Positions 9,010-18,304 of a DNA stretch of 64,000 nucleotides are shown here, in pieces; position 1 is the first letter of the stretch, and each line of letters begins with the position of its first letter. Below the pieces are notes generated by a model, which did no database searches, was not told the origin of the DNA, and was given only the letters and a program-made list of their open reading frames with translations. Source of the DNA: Shigella phage ESh16; the sequence record ON528726. One strand, written 5' to 3'. A program made the translations under genes and the position numbers.

Positions 9010-9936
9010 ATGAAAACTCGTAAACATTATATTGATTATTTTGACAGCCTTATTACTAAACACCGTAATTATCAGATCGGACACAGAGCAGTAATCAATA
9101 ATATTCTTCGTGATTTTTTAGACTATATTGGATGGGAAAACCATATTTGTAAAGATACACAAAATGCATATTCACATTCTCTTGGTTCTTTGCTAGAGTG
9201 GTTCAAACGTTCCCGATTACTATCTTCTGTAGTAGCTGTTAATAATGTTAAAAAATTTATGTATCCAAGCTACATTGAGACTAATGTATCAAATGCTAAT
9301 GTTGTTACATTTAATATTATTAATGACGTGAAAAGAACTTATTTAGAAGAATGGTTTTCTAAAAATAGTAAAGAAAAATTCGCTAGTGAGTTTTCAGGTG
9401 AATTTAATGAGAACGTTAATATGCTTTTTAAGCATTCTCGTAGACTGTTTTGTCATGGTGATAATCGTACTATTAATGTGAATGTAAAAGACTGGGTTAC
9501 TGCTAAATTCACTCCATCATCCCAGAATGGACAATTTGAATTATCAATTATCATTTGTGCTCCGCACGAGATATATAAAAATCTTCCGTATATGAAACCG
9601 CACGAAGCTAATAAACACAATGAAACTATTAGTTCTTTGGCTTATAATTTGCGTGAGTTATTATCTAATATGGATGTAGTTAAATCCTTTGATGATAATA
9701 CGAATTATGGTCTTTCACTGTTTGAAACTAAATTTGTTATTAAGTTAAAGGACCCCAGCGAATTTAAACCTACACCAAAGCACAATCATGGGAATGATAC
9801 TATGAAAGAAGAACGTGAATATCTCAGTGCTCGTTTGATTGAAGTTGAAAAACAGATTGAAGAGCATACTAAAGTTCTTAAGGCTTTAACCGCCAAAGCA
9901 GATGGTTTACGTGATGCTATTGAGGTGCTGAAATGA
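9010..9936 (+). CDS. paralogue-family protein P4 (308 aa)
   Basis: N-terminus MKTRKHYIDYF; SRLLSSVVAVNN and RRLFCHGDNR resemble P3; C-terminal coiled coil. Confidence 0.55.
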   Translation: MKTRKHYIDYFDSLITKHRNYQIGHRAVINNILRDFLDYIGWENHICKDTQNAYSHSLGSLLEWFKRSRLLSSVVAVNNVKKFMYPSYIETNVSNANVVTFNIINDVKRTYLEEWFSKNSKEKFASEFSGEFNENVNMLFKHSRRLFCHGDNRTINVNVKDWVTAKFTPSSQNGQFELSIIICAPHEIYKNLPYMKPHEANKHNETISSLAYNLRELLSNMDVVKSFDDNTNYGLSLFETKFVIKLKDPSEFKPTPKHNHGNDTMKEEREYLSARLIEVEKQIEEHTKVLKALTAKADGLRDAIEVLK

Positions 9937-10250
9937 AAAAGCGTCTATTAGAAGATATTGCAGCTTCAAGTAATTCCAGTCTAATTAAAATTATTATGGC
10001 TGGTGAAGAAGACGATTTGGAAATGCGTGGAAAGATTCATGGTTGTGACGATTTAGATTTTAAACCTCCAGCTTGGGATGCCATTATGGCTATGGTTGAA
10101 CGTCGCGAAAGGGCTTCTAAAAACGTTCCTAATTGTCCTGAATGCGGTACTGAACAGGTACAATTAGTTCATTGGCAGACTAGTAATCTTCGTTATAAAT
10201 GTCGTCATTGTAAACACCGATTTGAGAGAGAAGAAAATGTCCAAGCGTAA
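9933..10250 (+). CDS. small zinc-ribbon protein (105 aa)
   Basis: C-terminal CPECG...CRHCKH four-cysteine pair. Confidence 0.45.
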   Translation: MKKRLLEDIAASSNSSLIKIIMAGEEDDLEMRGKIHGCDDLDFKPPAWDAIMAMVERRERASKNVPNCPECGTEQVQLVHWQTSNLRYKCRHCKHRFEREENVQA

Positions 10251-10479
10251 AGAATATATGAAGACTGCTGAAATGGCAGTCCGCGAATTAGCAATAGCTT
10301 ATTATTATGAACATGGTAAATTTCCTGATAGATACAGCGTGCTTAAATCTGCTTTAACTCGTTCATATAAAAATATGCTATCAGAAGTAAGTGATATTAT
10401 ATACAAACATAAAGAACAAACGGGCCAAAGTCTTGATTACGACGAGACTTTTAAACAAGTACTAGGAATTAAGGAATAA
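10237..10479 (+). CDS. hypothetical protein (80 aa)
   Basis: ATG 10237 in-frame within track ORF 10222 (TTG start). Confidence 0.35.
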   Translation: MSKRKEYMKTAEMAVRELAIAYYYEHGKFPDRYSVLKSALTRSYKNMLSEVSDIIYKHKEQTGQSLDYDETFKQVLGIKE

Positions 10480-10480
10480 T

Positions 10481-10744
10481 ATGTTTAAAGTATATGGTTA
10501 TGATAGCAGTATCCATAAATGCGTGTATTGTGATAATGCAAAACGTCTTTTGACTGTGAAGAAACAGCCGTTTGAATTTATCAATATTATGCCGGAAAAA
10601 GGTGTTTTTGATGATGAGAAAATCGCTGAGCTTCTGACGAAACTAGGTCGTGATACTCAAATTGGTTTGACGATGCCACAAGTATTTGCTCCTGATGGAA
10701 GTCATATTGGTGGATTTGATCAATTGCGGGAATACTTTAAATGA
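10481..10744 (+). CDS. nrdC: NrdC thioredoxin/glutaredoxin (87 aa)
   Basis: CVYC redox motif; length and sequence as recalled for T4 NrdC; position upstream of gene 49 and nrdD. Confidence 0.8.
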   Translation: MFKVYGYDSSIHKCVYCDNAKRLLTVKKQPFEFINIMPEKGVFDDEKIAELLTKLGRDTQIGLTMPQVFAPDGSHIGGFDQLREYFK

Positions 10745-10956
10745 TGCTCGAAGGAACTGATTATATCCATGACTACCGCGGAAGCGCGGTATATGTAGGT
10801 GATGAGGTTGCAGTTTATTATGGATATGGAACTTTGATGACAGCAAAGGTTATTCAAATTAAAAATGGCCGCGCTAAACTCGAAGTTTATTATTCTAATG
10901 GTGAAAAGTCTATTTCTAAATGGAAATATGGCGATTGTATGGTCAAACTGGGGTAA
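10741..10956 (+). CDS. hypothetical protein (71 aa)
   Basis: ORF overlapping nrdC stop. Confidence 0.35.
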   Translation: MMLEGTDYIHDYRGSAVYVGDEVAVYYGYGTLMTAKVIQIKNGRAKLEVYYSNGEKSISKWKYGDCMVKLG

Positions 10957-10958
10957 AT

Positions 10959-11129
10959 ATGATTTACGATATTAGTGTATCAAGAGCTCCATCAATGGTT
11001 ACTATTCCAGCTGAAGAACTGGATCGTCTTCAGAAAATTGAAGAACTTCTTTGGGAAATTGAATCTGATTTGCCATCAGGACTAGAATCCTGGATTGATT
11101 ATGAAGAACTTAATAAATTGCGAAATTAA
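10959..11129 (+). CDS. hypothetical acidic protein (56 aa)
   Basis: ATG 10959 follows TAA of previous ORF. Confidence 0.3.
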   Translation: MIYDISVSRAPSMVTIPAEELDRLQKIEELLWEIESDLPSGLESWIDYEELNKLRN

Positions 11130-11139
11130 GCGGTGAAAA

Positions 11140-11460
11140 ATGAATATTGAAAATAAATTAGATGTTGATGCAGTTCTGAGTGAAATCATCGAAGACCATG
11201 ATGCATTTTCAGAAAATTATGATTTCGATTTTTCGGATTATCTTAAACCTATCGAAATAGAAGACTGGGTGCAAGATGGTAAATGCCAATATCGCCAGTG
11301 TGTTTATTTTAGTCCAAAACACAATGTACATGTTTCAGTAAATGAAACTCGCTCAGGTTCTTACCATTCTGACTGGTATTATGCAGTTCCGACTGTTGAA
11401 CTAGTCGAGCCCCGTGAACGTGTAGTAACTCAGACAGTACGAGAATGGATTACGCTATAA
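11140..11460 (+). CDS. hypothetical protein (106 aa)
   Basis: ORF with SD-like GGTGAAAAATG. Confidence 0.4.
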   Translation: MNIENKLDVDAVLSEIIEDHDAFSENYDFDFSDYLKPIEIEDWVQDGKCQYRQCVYFSPKHNVHVSVNETRSGSYHSDWYYAVPTVELVEPRERVVTQTVREWITL

Positions 11461-11583
11461 AACCTTGGTGGGCGGCTAGATGGGAAACTGTAGAGCCAGA
11501 GCCGGAAGAACCGGTTTACACTGATGAAGAAACAGTATATAATGAACCAACGATAAACGACTTAATTGATATGGAGATGGGAT

Positions 11584-12030
11584 ATGATTGCAGTAGATAA
11601 GTGGTTTAAAATTAATCGTGCTGATAAAGAGCTGTGTAATTACTGGCCGGAACTTGGTGCAGGTACTGTCTTTAAAGTTCGTGGACTTGTAAAAGAATGT
11701 GAAGATGATATAGAACCTGATACTGGAATTATTGAAATTGAACTTTCTGGTGGAAAGATTATTAACATCTACGATAAGCCAACTGCCTATTGGTGCTTAT
11801 GGAATACTGAATCAGTAGAAAATGGCGAAATTGAAGAAGTTGTAGAACGAACTAGTCAAGTTATTCAGAAGCCTGAAGCTGCTTTTCAAGGTGAACGCAT
11901 TTCATATGCATTAGCTAAATTAGCTGCACAAGAAAATAACGATGGTTATGAAGGAAATTTGATGCAAGCTGCGGCAGAATATATTGAATGGCTTGAAACT
12001 CAAAATTCTTTTTCTGACCGAGCGTTTTAA
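11584..12030 (+). CDS. hypothetical protein (148 aa)
   Basis: ATG 11584 after GGAGATGG; lies where T4 has pin, but identity not confirmed. Confidence 0.4.
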   Translation: MIAVDKWFKINRADKELCNYWPELGAGTVFKVRGLVKECEDDIEPDTGIIEIELSGGKIINIYDKPTAYWCLWNTESVENGEIEEVVERTSQVIQKPEAAFQGERISYALAKLAAQENNDGYEGNLMQAAAEYIEWLETQNSFSDRAF

Positions 12031-12206
12031 TGAAAACCGAATTAATTTATACTGAAAAGTTAAATGGTGGTAAGGTTTGGAAACTTTTTATTAAAGGAAG
12101 TCCTACCGACTCTAATATGACCACTTGTGTAGGAACTTATTCTCGTCCTACTAAAAAGATGATTCGGCAATATAAGCGATTGCATCGAATGTTTTACAAT
12201 ACTTGA
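12030..12206 (+). CDS. small hypothetical protein (58 aa)
   Basis: TAATG overlap with previous stop; ends before terminator-like hairpin; below track threshold. Confidence 0.3.
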   Translation: MKTELIYTEKLNGGKVWKLFIKGSPTDSNMTTCVGTYSRPTKKMIRQYKRLHRMFYNT

Positions 12207-12217
12207 AAATAATAAAT

Positions 12218-12245
12218 ACCCTTATCTATTCAAGGTAAGGGTTTT
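12218..12245 (+). terminator. hairpin (ACCCTTA / TAAGGGT) plus T-run
   Basis: 7-bp inverted repeat with 11-nt loop followed by TTTT just upstream of gene 49. Confidence 0.4.
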
Positions 12246-12248
12246 ATT

Positions 12249-12722
12249 ATGTTATTGACTGGCAAATTATACAAAGAAGAAAAACAGAAATTTTATAACG
12301 CACAAAACGGTAAATGCTTAATTTGCCAACGAGAACTAAATCCTGATGTTCAAGCTAATCACCTTGACCATGACCATGAATTAAATGGACCAAAAGCAGG
12401 AAAGGTACGTGGATTGCTCTGTAATCTCTGCAATGCAGCGGAAGGTCAAATGAAACACAAATTTAATCGTTCTGGCTTAAAGGGGCAAGGCGTTGATTAT
12501 CTTGAATGGTTAGAAAATTTACTTACTTATTTAAAATCCGATTACACCCAAAATAATATTCACCCTAACTTCGTTGGAGATAAATCAAAGGAATTTTCTC
12601 GTTTAGGAAAAGAGGAAATGATGGCTGAGATGCTTCAAAGAGGATTTGAATATAATGAATCTGACACTAAAACACAATTAATAGCTTCATTTAAGAAGCA
12701 GCTTAGAAAGAGTTTAAAATGA
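12249..12722 (+). CDS. 49: endonuclease VII, Holliday-junction resolvase (157 aa)
   Basis: Sequence from MLLTGKLYKEEKQKFY with zinc-binding cysteines, as recalled for T4 gp49; length 157 aa. Confidence 0.9.
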   Translation: MLLTGKLYKEEKQKFYNAQNGKCLICQRELNPDVQANHLDHDHELNGPKAGKVRGLLCNLCNAAEGQMKHKFNRSGLKGQGVDYLEWLENLLTYLKSDYTQNNIHPNFVGDKSKEFSRLGKEEMMAEMLQRGFEYNESDTKTQLIASFKKQLRKSLK

Positions 12723-14536
12723 CAATTGAAAAAGAAATTGAAGGATTGATTCATAAAACTAATAAAGACCTTTTGAACGAGAATGCTAATAAAGATTCTC
12801 GTGTTTTTCCAACTCAACGGGACCTTATGGCTGGTATTGTGTCTAAACACATTGCCAAAAATATGGTCCCGTCTTTTATTATGAAAGCGCATGAAAGCGG
12901 AATTATCCATTTCCATGATATTGATTATTCCCCTGCTCTTCCATTTACTAATTGCTGTTTAGTAGATTTAAAAGGAATGCTTGAAAACGGATTTAAGCTC
13001 GGTAATGCACAGATTGAAACTCCTAAATCAATCGGCGTTGCTACTGCAATTATGGCACAAATTACTGCACAGGTTGCTTCTCACCAATATGGTGGAACGA
13101 CTTTTGCGAATGTAGATAAAGTACTTTCTCCTTATGTTAAACGCACCTATGCAAAACATATTGAGGACGCAGAAAAATGGCAAATCGCTGATGCGTTGAA
13201 TTATGCTCAATCTAAAACAGAAAAAGACGTATACGATGCATTCCAAGCTTATGAATATGAAGTAAATACTCTTTTTAGTTCAAACGGACAAACGCCTTTT
13301 GTAACAATTACATTTGGTACGGGAACTGACTGGACTGAACGAATGATTCAGAAAGCAATTCTGAAAAATCGTATTAAAGGTCTTGGTCGCGATGGGATAA
13401 CTCCTATTTTCCCTAAGCTTGTTATGTTCGTTGAAGAAGGTGTTAATCTTTATAAAGATGATCCGAACTATGATATTAAGCAGCTTGCTCTAGAGTGTGC
13501 AAGCAAAAGAATGTATCCTGATATTATTTCAGCTAAGAACAATAAAGCTATCACTGGTTCATCTATTCCTGTTTCTCCAATGGGTTGCCGTAGTTTCTTA
13601 AGCGTATGGAAAGATTCGACTGGTAATGAAATTCTTGATGGACGTAATAATCTTGGTGTTGTAACACTGAATCTTCCTCGCATTGCGTTAGATTCTTATA
13701 TTGGAACACAGTTCAATGAACAAAAATTTGCCGAATTGTTCAATGAGCGAATGGATTTATGCTTTGAAGCTTTGATGTGTAGAATTAGTTCCTTAAAAGG
13801 AGTTAAAGCGACTGTTGCTCCTATTCTTTACCAAGAAGGTGCATTCGGGGTTCGTCTTAAACCTGATGACGACATAATTGAGTTATTTAAAAACGGTAGA
13901 AGTTCAGTGTCTTTGGGATACATTGGTATTCACGAATTGAATATTCTTGTCGGTCGTGATATTGGACAGGAAATTTTAACTAAAATGAATGCTCGTCTTA
14001 AGCAGTGGACTGAAAGAACCGGTTTTGCTTTTAGTTTGTATTCTACACCTGCTGAAAACCTTTGTTATCGCTTCTGTAAACTTGATACTGAAAAATATGG
14101 AAGTGTAAAAGATGTTACTGATAAAGGATGGTACACTAACAGTTTCCATGTTTCAGTAGAAGAAAATATCACTCCGTTTGAAAAGATTTCTCGCGAAGCA
14201 CCATATCATTTCATTGCGACAGGTGGTCACATTTCTTATGTTGAACTTCCTGATATGAAAAATAACCTAAAAGGTCTTGAGGCTGTATGGGATTATGCTG
14301 CACAACATTTAGATTATTTTGGTGTTAATATGCCAGTAGATAAATGTTTTACGTGTGGAAGTACTCATGAAATGACTCCTACTGAAAACGGATTTGTTTG
14401 TTCTATTTGTGGAGAAACTGATCCTAAAAAGATGAACACAATAAGAAGAACTTGTGGTTATTTGGGAAATCCGAACGAACGCGGATTTAATCTTGGAAAA
14501 AATAAAGAAATCATGCGTAGGGTTAAACACCAATGA
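12719..14536 (+). CDS. nrdD: anaerobic ribonucleotide reductase NrdD (605 aa), uninterrupted
   Basis: C-terminal glycyl-radical motif RRTCGYLG and four-Cys zinc site; length as recalled for T4 NrdD; no intron. Confidence 0.93.
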   Translation: MTIEKEIEGLIHKTNKDLLNENANKDSRVFPTQRDLMAGIVSKHIAKNMVPSFIMKAHESGIIHFHDIDYSPALPFTNCCLVDLKGMLENGFKLGNAQIETPKSIGVATAIMAQITAQVASHQYGGTTFANVDKVLSPYVKRTYAKHIEDAEKWQIADALNYAQSKTEKDVYDAFQAYEYEVNTLFSSNGQTPFVTITFGTGTDWTERMIQKAILKNRIKGLGRDGITPIFPKLVMFVEEGVNLYKDDPNYDIKQLALECASKRMYPDIISAKNNKAITGSSIPVSPMGCRSFLSVWKDSTGNEILDGRNNLGVVTLNLPRIALDSYIGTQFNEQKFAELFNERMDLCFEALMCRISSLKGVKATVAPILYQEGAFGVRLKPDDDIIELFKNGRSSVSLGYIGIHELNILVGRDIGQEILTKMNARLKQWTERTGFAFSLYSTPAENLCYRFCKLDTEKYGSVKDVTDKGWYTNSFHVSVEENITPFEKISREAPYHFIATGGHISYVELPDMKNNLKGLEAVWDYAAQHLDYFGVNMPVDKCFTCGSTHEMTPTENGFVCSICGETDPKKMNTIRRTCGYLGNPNERGFNLGKNKEIMRRVKHQ

Positions 14537-15003
14537 ATTATGATAGATTTTATCCTTGTGATTTTGTGAATGGCCCTGGATGCAGGGTCGTTCTTTTCGT
14601 CACAGGTTGTTTGCATAAATGCGAAGGGTGTTATAATAAATCAACATGGAATGCTAGAAATGGCGTTCCATTCACTGGTGAAACACTGGAACAATTAATT
14701 GAATGTTTGAATAATGATTATATAGAAGGATTGACTATAACTGGAGGAGACCCTCTCTATCCTGATAACCGAGATGTTATTCATTGCATTGTTCAAACAG
14801 TAAAAAATCTTTATCCAAATAAAAGCATTTGGTTGTGGACAGGATATAAGTTTGAGGATATTAAACAACTAGAAATGCTTAAATATGTTGATGTTATTAT
14901 TGATGGGAAGTATGAGAAAAATCTTCCGACTAAAAAGCTGTGGCGAGGATCAGATAATCAGCGACTTTGGTCAAATACCGATGGGGTGTGGAAACATGAT
15001 TAA
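14533..15003 (+). CDS. nrdG: anaerobic RNR activating enzyme NrdG, radical SAM (156 aa)
   Basis: CLHKCEGCYN cysteine cluster; overlaps nrdD stop. Confidence 0.9.
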   Translation: MNYDRFYPCDFVNGPGCRVVLFVTGCLHKCEGCYNKSTWNARNGVPFTGETLEQLIECLNNDYIEGLTITGGDPLYPDNRDVIHCIVQTVKNLYPNKSIWLWTGYKFEDIKQLEMLKYVDVIIDGKYEKNLPTKKLWRGSDNQRLWSNTDGVWKHD

Positions 15004-15118
15004 ATTGAATTATATTATGGACACTATAAATGATATGATTTTTCATTTTGGTCCAGAATTTTATTCGCAATATAGTTTAGTGCTTATCAATGCTTGGTTA
15101 ATCAATTAAGGGTAAAAT

Positions 15119-15331
15119 ATGTATAAATTTCGCAAAGGTTTAGCTGATTTTCTTACAACTGTAACATTCTTTCTGTTTATGGCAGTTGGAGCTATTTTCC
15201 TTATTCCTTTTATTGCTATATTTTTCGTGATTAGTTTGATTTCTCCAGAAAAAGGACTGTCTTCTAGCGAGTTCAATGAGCGTCTGGATAAAATTACTAA
15301 TAAGCTGAATGCTGCTCTTAGTAAGGAATAG
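15119..15331 (+). CDS. small membrane protein (70 aa)
   Basis: Long hydrophobic core FLTTVTFFLFMAVGAIFLIPFIAIFFVISLI. Confidence 0.35.
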   Translation: MYKFRKGLADFLTTVTFFLFMAVGAIFLIPFIAIFFVISLISPEKGLSSSEFNERLDKITNKLNAALSKE

Positions 15332-15333
15332 TT

Positions 15334-15642
15334 GTGAAACAGAACAAGATTGAAGTCTATGGAATTCCAGATGAAGTAGGTCGTTGTCCTGGATGTCAAT
15401 CAGTTACAAAACTTCTAAAGGAGCTCAATGCTCCTTTTACTTTCTATAAAGTTCTTACAAATAATGGTAAGATTGAGTATGATCGTCCACTGATTGTATC
15501 TCTTGCTAAACGCGCTGGATTCACATCTCTTAACATTCGTTATCCAGTCATTTTCATCAATGATTCTAGACAAAAGAACATTAAACACTTCAAAGAAACT
15601 CTCATTTCACTTGGATATGATAGAGATATCATAGAAGACTAA
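15334..15642 (+). CDS. nrdH: glutaredoxin-like protein NrdH (102 aa)
   Basis: CPGC redox motif; GTG start 7 nt after AAGGA; position between nrdG and gene 55 as in T4. Confidence 0.65.
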   Translation: MKQNKIEVYGIPDEVGRCPGCQSVTKLLKELNAPFTFYKVLTNNGKIEYDRPLIVSLAKRAGFTSLNIRYPVIFINDSRQKNIKHFKETLISLGYDRDIIED

Positions 15643-15644
15643 GA

Positions 15645-15665
15645 TGGGCCCTCTGGGCCTTTCTT
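15645..15665 (+). terminator. short GC hairpin (GGCCC tct GGGCC) with T-rich tail
   Basis: Inverted repeat right after nrdH stop. Confidence 0.35.
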
Positions 15666-15732
15666 TCTCACATTCTGTATATTACCATTCTAACTATCGT
15701 TCCCTTCTTATCATTCCCTAAAATAATTTTCA

Positions 15733-15775
15733 CAAAGTTGTTTACAAGAAGTTCAAACTGTGGTATTATTAACAC
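15733..15775 (+). promoter_or_regulatory. early-type promoter (GTTTAC -35, TGGTATTATTAAC -10)
   Basis: GTTTAC at 15740-15745 with extended -10 about 16 nt downstream. Confidence 0.5.
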
Positions 15776-15799
15776 ATGAATTGCCTTTGAGGAATTGAT

Positions 15800-15976
15800 A
15801 TGGTTGATAAAGAGATTAAAAGAGATCAGTATTATCGTGTTAACGGACATATTGTTATTGTTACAGCAGTAGATGATTTTGAGGTTCACTATACTTTACT
15901 TAAATGGAATAAACGCTTGATTTGTGATCGTGCTGTATTTAGTTCAGTTGCTAAGGAAATTAAACTCCATGGGTAA
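15800..15976 (+). CDS. small hypothetical protein (58 aa)
   Basis: ATG 15800 after SD GAGGAA; below track threshold. Confidence 0.3.
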   Translation: MVDKEIKRDQYYRVNGHIVIVTAVDDFEVHYTLLKWNKRLICDRAVFSSVAKEIKLHG

Positions 15977-16262
15977 AACGTATCGTCGTAAAGATTTAAA
16001 AGTGCGTGATTATGACTATTTTGGAAAGCGTAAAGCTCCTGATGGTGTAAGTCATAAAGATATGGTCGAAAACATTTTTCGCTCTGATAAATGGCGTAGA
16101 ATGAAAGGCATTGATTCAGAAGTTAAAGATGAGTTAAATCGCCAATTACGTGGTGAAGTAAGAAAGTTGAAAAAATCAGTTTACATTGACGATGATTTTG
16201 ATTACAATACTTCTCAACGAGTTGCTAAGCGTAAATCAAACGAGTGCTATCGTTACAGCTGA
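15969..16262 (+). CDS. basic hypothetical protein (97 aa)
   Basis: ATG 15969 overlapping previous stop; Lys/Arg-rich. Confidence 0.35.
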   Translation: MGKTYRRKDLKVRDYDYFGKRKAPDGVSHKDMVENIFRSDKWRRMKGIDSEVKDELNRQLRGEVRKLKKSVYIDDDFDYNTSQRVAKRKSNECYRYS

Positions 16263-16269
16263 GGAAAAT

Positions 16270-16401
16270 ATGAATATCAAACGCATGCTTTTTAAACAAG
16301 GATTATACACTTTAAATGTTGCTCCAAAAGGCGATACGACCAAGTGGTCAGTAAATGATTGGATTAAATTTATTGATGAAAATGGTAACTGGAAAATTTA
16401 A
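16270..16401 (+). CDS. small hypothetical protein (43 aa)
   Basis: ATG after GAGGAAAATATG. Confidence 0.3.
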   Translation: MNIKRMLFKQGLYTLNVAPKGDTTKWSVNDWIKFIDENGNWKI

Positions 16402-16602
16402 ATGAATCCTGAATCTAAATTATCACAACGAATTGCTGAAGCTCGTCGTCAGTTCTTTGAAAATATGATAGCCCAAGGTATTGATGACGAAGTTTTTCTG
16501 AACTGGTTTTGGAATCACAAATATTCAAAATGCGCAGGAGCAATATTAATATCAGTCGCAATGATGTACGAAGGCTGGAAGGGTGCCAAACAGTTTAGCT
16601 AA
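16402..16602 (+). CDS. hypothetical protein (66 aa)
   Basis: ORF followed by terminator hairpin. Confidence 0.3.
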   Translation: MNPESKLSQRIAEARRQFFENMIAQGIDDEVFLNWFWNHKYSKCAGAILISVAMMYEGWKGAKQFS

Positions 16603-16620
16603 GGGCTTCGGCCCTTTTTG
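16603..16620 (+). terminator. rho-independent terminator (GGGC-UUCG-GCCC plus T-run)
   Basis: GGGCTTCGGCCCTTTTT. Confidence 0.6.
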
Positions 16621-16654
16621 GATAATAAAATTTTAACGCAATTGAGGATAATGT

Positions 16655-16981
16655 ATGACTATTCAAATTAAAAACGCCATCAATTCTTATGCATATGATA
16701 AAGTAGTTTCTTTGCTAGAAAAAGGCGATATTGTAACTCCTCAAATTTTGGATAAATGGGAAAAAGAGCTTCATCAGACGATGAAACAGAATGATCAGAA
16801 GATTGGGCGCAATACTGTCCGTGAATTGTTGGTTCAATATATCTTGTCAGAATTTGATGTTAAAGCTTTTGGCGTAGAATCTAAAGCTTATCAAAAGCAT
16901 GAAATTTCCGATAAAACTATTCGTCGTATGAAAAATCAACGCAAGAAAAAATTTGCTGATCTGAAAATTGCTAAGGTATGA
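16655..16981 (+). CDS. hypothetical protein (108 aa)
   Basis: ORF with SD GAGGATAATG. Confidence 0.4.
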   Translation: MTIQIKNAINSYAYDKVVSLLEKGDIVTPQILDKWEKELHQTMKQNDQKIGRNTVRELLVQYILSEFDVKAFGVESKAYQKHEISDKTIRRMKNQRKKKFADLKIAKV

Positions 16982-17199
16982 ATATGAACGAAGCTCTTAT
17001 TAACGATTTACGTCTTGCCGGATATGAAGTAAATACAAATGGCATTGGTTTAACTCAAATTGAAGGAAATGGATTCATCCTTGAGTATGAATTTAGCCAA
17101 TGGTGGTTATACGCTAATTATGGCGAATTGATTGAATACGTTGACCAGTTTGATTCACTAGATGCAGCTCTTGAAGCGGCTAAGTTGATGAATGTATGA
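16978..17199 (+). CDS. hypothetical acidic protein (73 aa)
   Basis: ATGA overlap with previous stop. Confidence 0.4.
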   Translation: MNMNEALINDLRLAGYEVNTNGIGLTQIEGNGFILEYEFSQWWLYANYGELIEYVDQFDSLDAALEAAKLMNV

Positions 17200-17465
17200 A
17201 ATTAATTAATATTTCTATTGCTATTGAAAATTTTGGTATTTTCTATGTTGATCAATATATGAAAATTTCATTTTTCCCAAATAAGACTGGGGTTGGATAT
17301 TGGGAAAGCCATGTTTCTGAATTAAATGAAAGTGAATATGTTAGCACGCATGAAAAGTTTTTAGACTTTTTATATCACGCTGATTTAACTAGTCATTATA
17401 TAGATATTCATGAATTTAAAAAGATGATGGAGAAAGTGTTCCAAGCATACTGCTTACTTAGATAA
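17196..17465 (+). CDS. hypothetical protein (89 aa)
   Basis: ATGA overlap with previous stop. Confidence 0.4.
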   Translation: MKLINISIAIENFGIFYVDQYMKISFFPNKTGVGYWESHVSELNESEYVSTHEKFLDFLYHADLTSHYIDIHEFKKMMEKVFQAYCLLR

Positions 17466-17477
17466 TTGATATCCTCT

Positions 17478-17515
17478 ATGCTTTAAGATAGATATTCAAA
17501 TATTATGATATAATA
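17478..17515 (+). promoter_or_regulatory. candidate MotA-dependent middle promoter upstream of gene 55
   Basis: ATGCTTTA (MotA-box-like) followed about 12-15 nt later by TATTATGATATAAT. Confidence 0.35.
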
Positions 17516-17543
17516 GATCTATGAATTGAGCTAAGAGGTGAAA

Positions 17544-18101
17544 ATGTCAGAAACTAAGCCTAAATATAATTACGTAAACAATAAAGAGCTTTTACAAGCT
17601 ATTATTGATTGGAAAACAGAATTAGCAAATAATAAAGACCCAAATAAAGTAGTTCGTCAGAATGATACTATCGGATTAGCCATTATGCTTATTGCAGAAG
17701 GCTTATCTAAACGTTTCAACTTTTCAGGATACACCCAATCCTGGAAACAAGAAATGATTGCAGATGGTATAGAAGCTTCTATTAAGGGGCTTCATAATTT
17801 TGATGAAACGAAATATAAAAACCCACATGCATATATAACTCAAGCTTGTTTTAATGCATTCGTCCAACGTATTAAAAAAGAACGTAAGGAAGTTGCAAAG
17901 AAATACAGTTACTTCGTTCACAATGTCTATGACAGTCGTGACGACGATATGGTTGCGTTAGTAGATGAAACTTTTATTCAAGACATCTACGATAAAATGA
18001 CGCATTACGAAGAATCAACCTATAGAACACCGGGGGCTGAAAAGAAAAGTGTTGTAGACGATTCTCCTAGTTTGGATTTTTTATATGAGGCTAACGATTA
18101 A
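17544..18101 (+). CDS. 55: late sigma factor gp55 (185 aa)
   Basis: [23 protein letters not shown] as recalled for T4 gp55; track ORF begins 2 codons upstream at GTG. Confidence 0.92.
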
Positions 18102-18303
18102 CCTCTCCGGATTCTTGGAAGAAATACCTGAAGTTGAAGCTATTCCCTATTTACTTAAAATGTATCTCAGGGAAGTTTTAGCTCTTGACATTGATATTGA
18201 TCCAGAAAATCCGTATGATACCGCTTTTAAATCTAATGGTGTAGAATTAAACTATCGGTATCATTTAACAGATGATGATTTTTATTTTATATTAGAGAAA
18301 TAA
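18085..18303 (+). CDS. hypothetical protein (72 aa)
   Basis: ATG ORF overlapping end of gene 55. Confidence 0.35.
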
Positions 18304-18304
18304 T

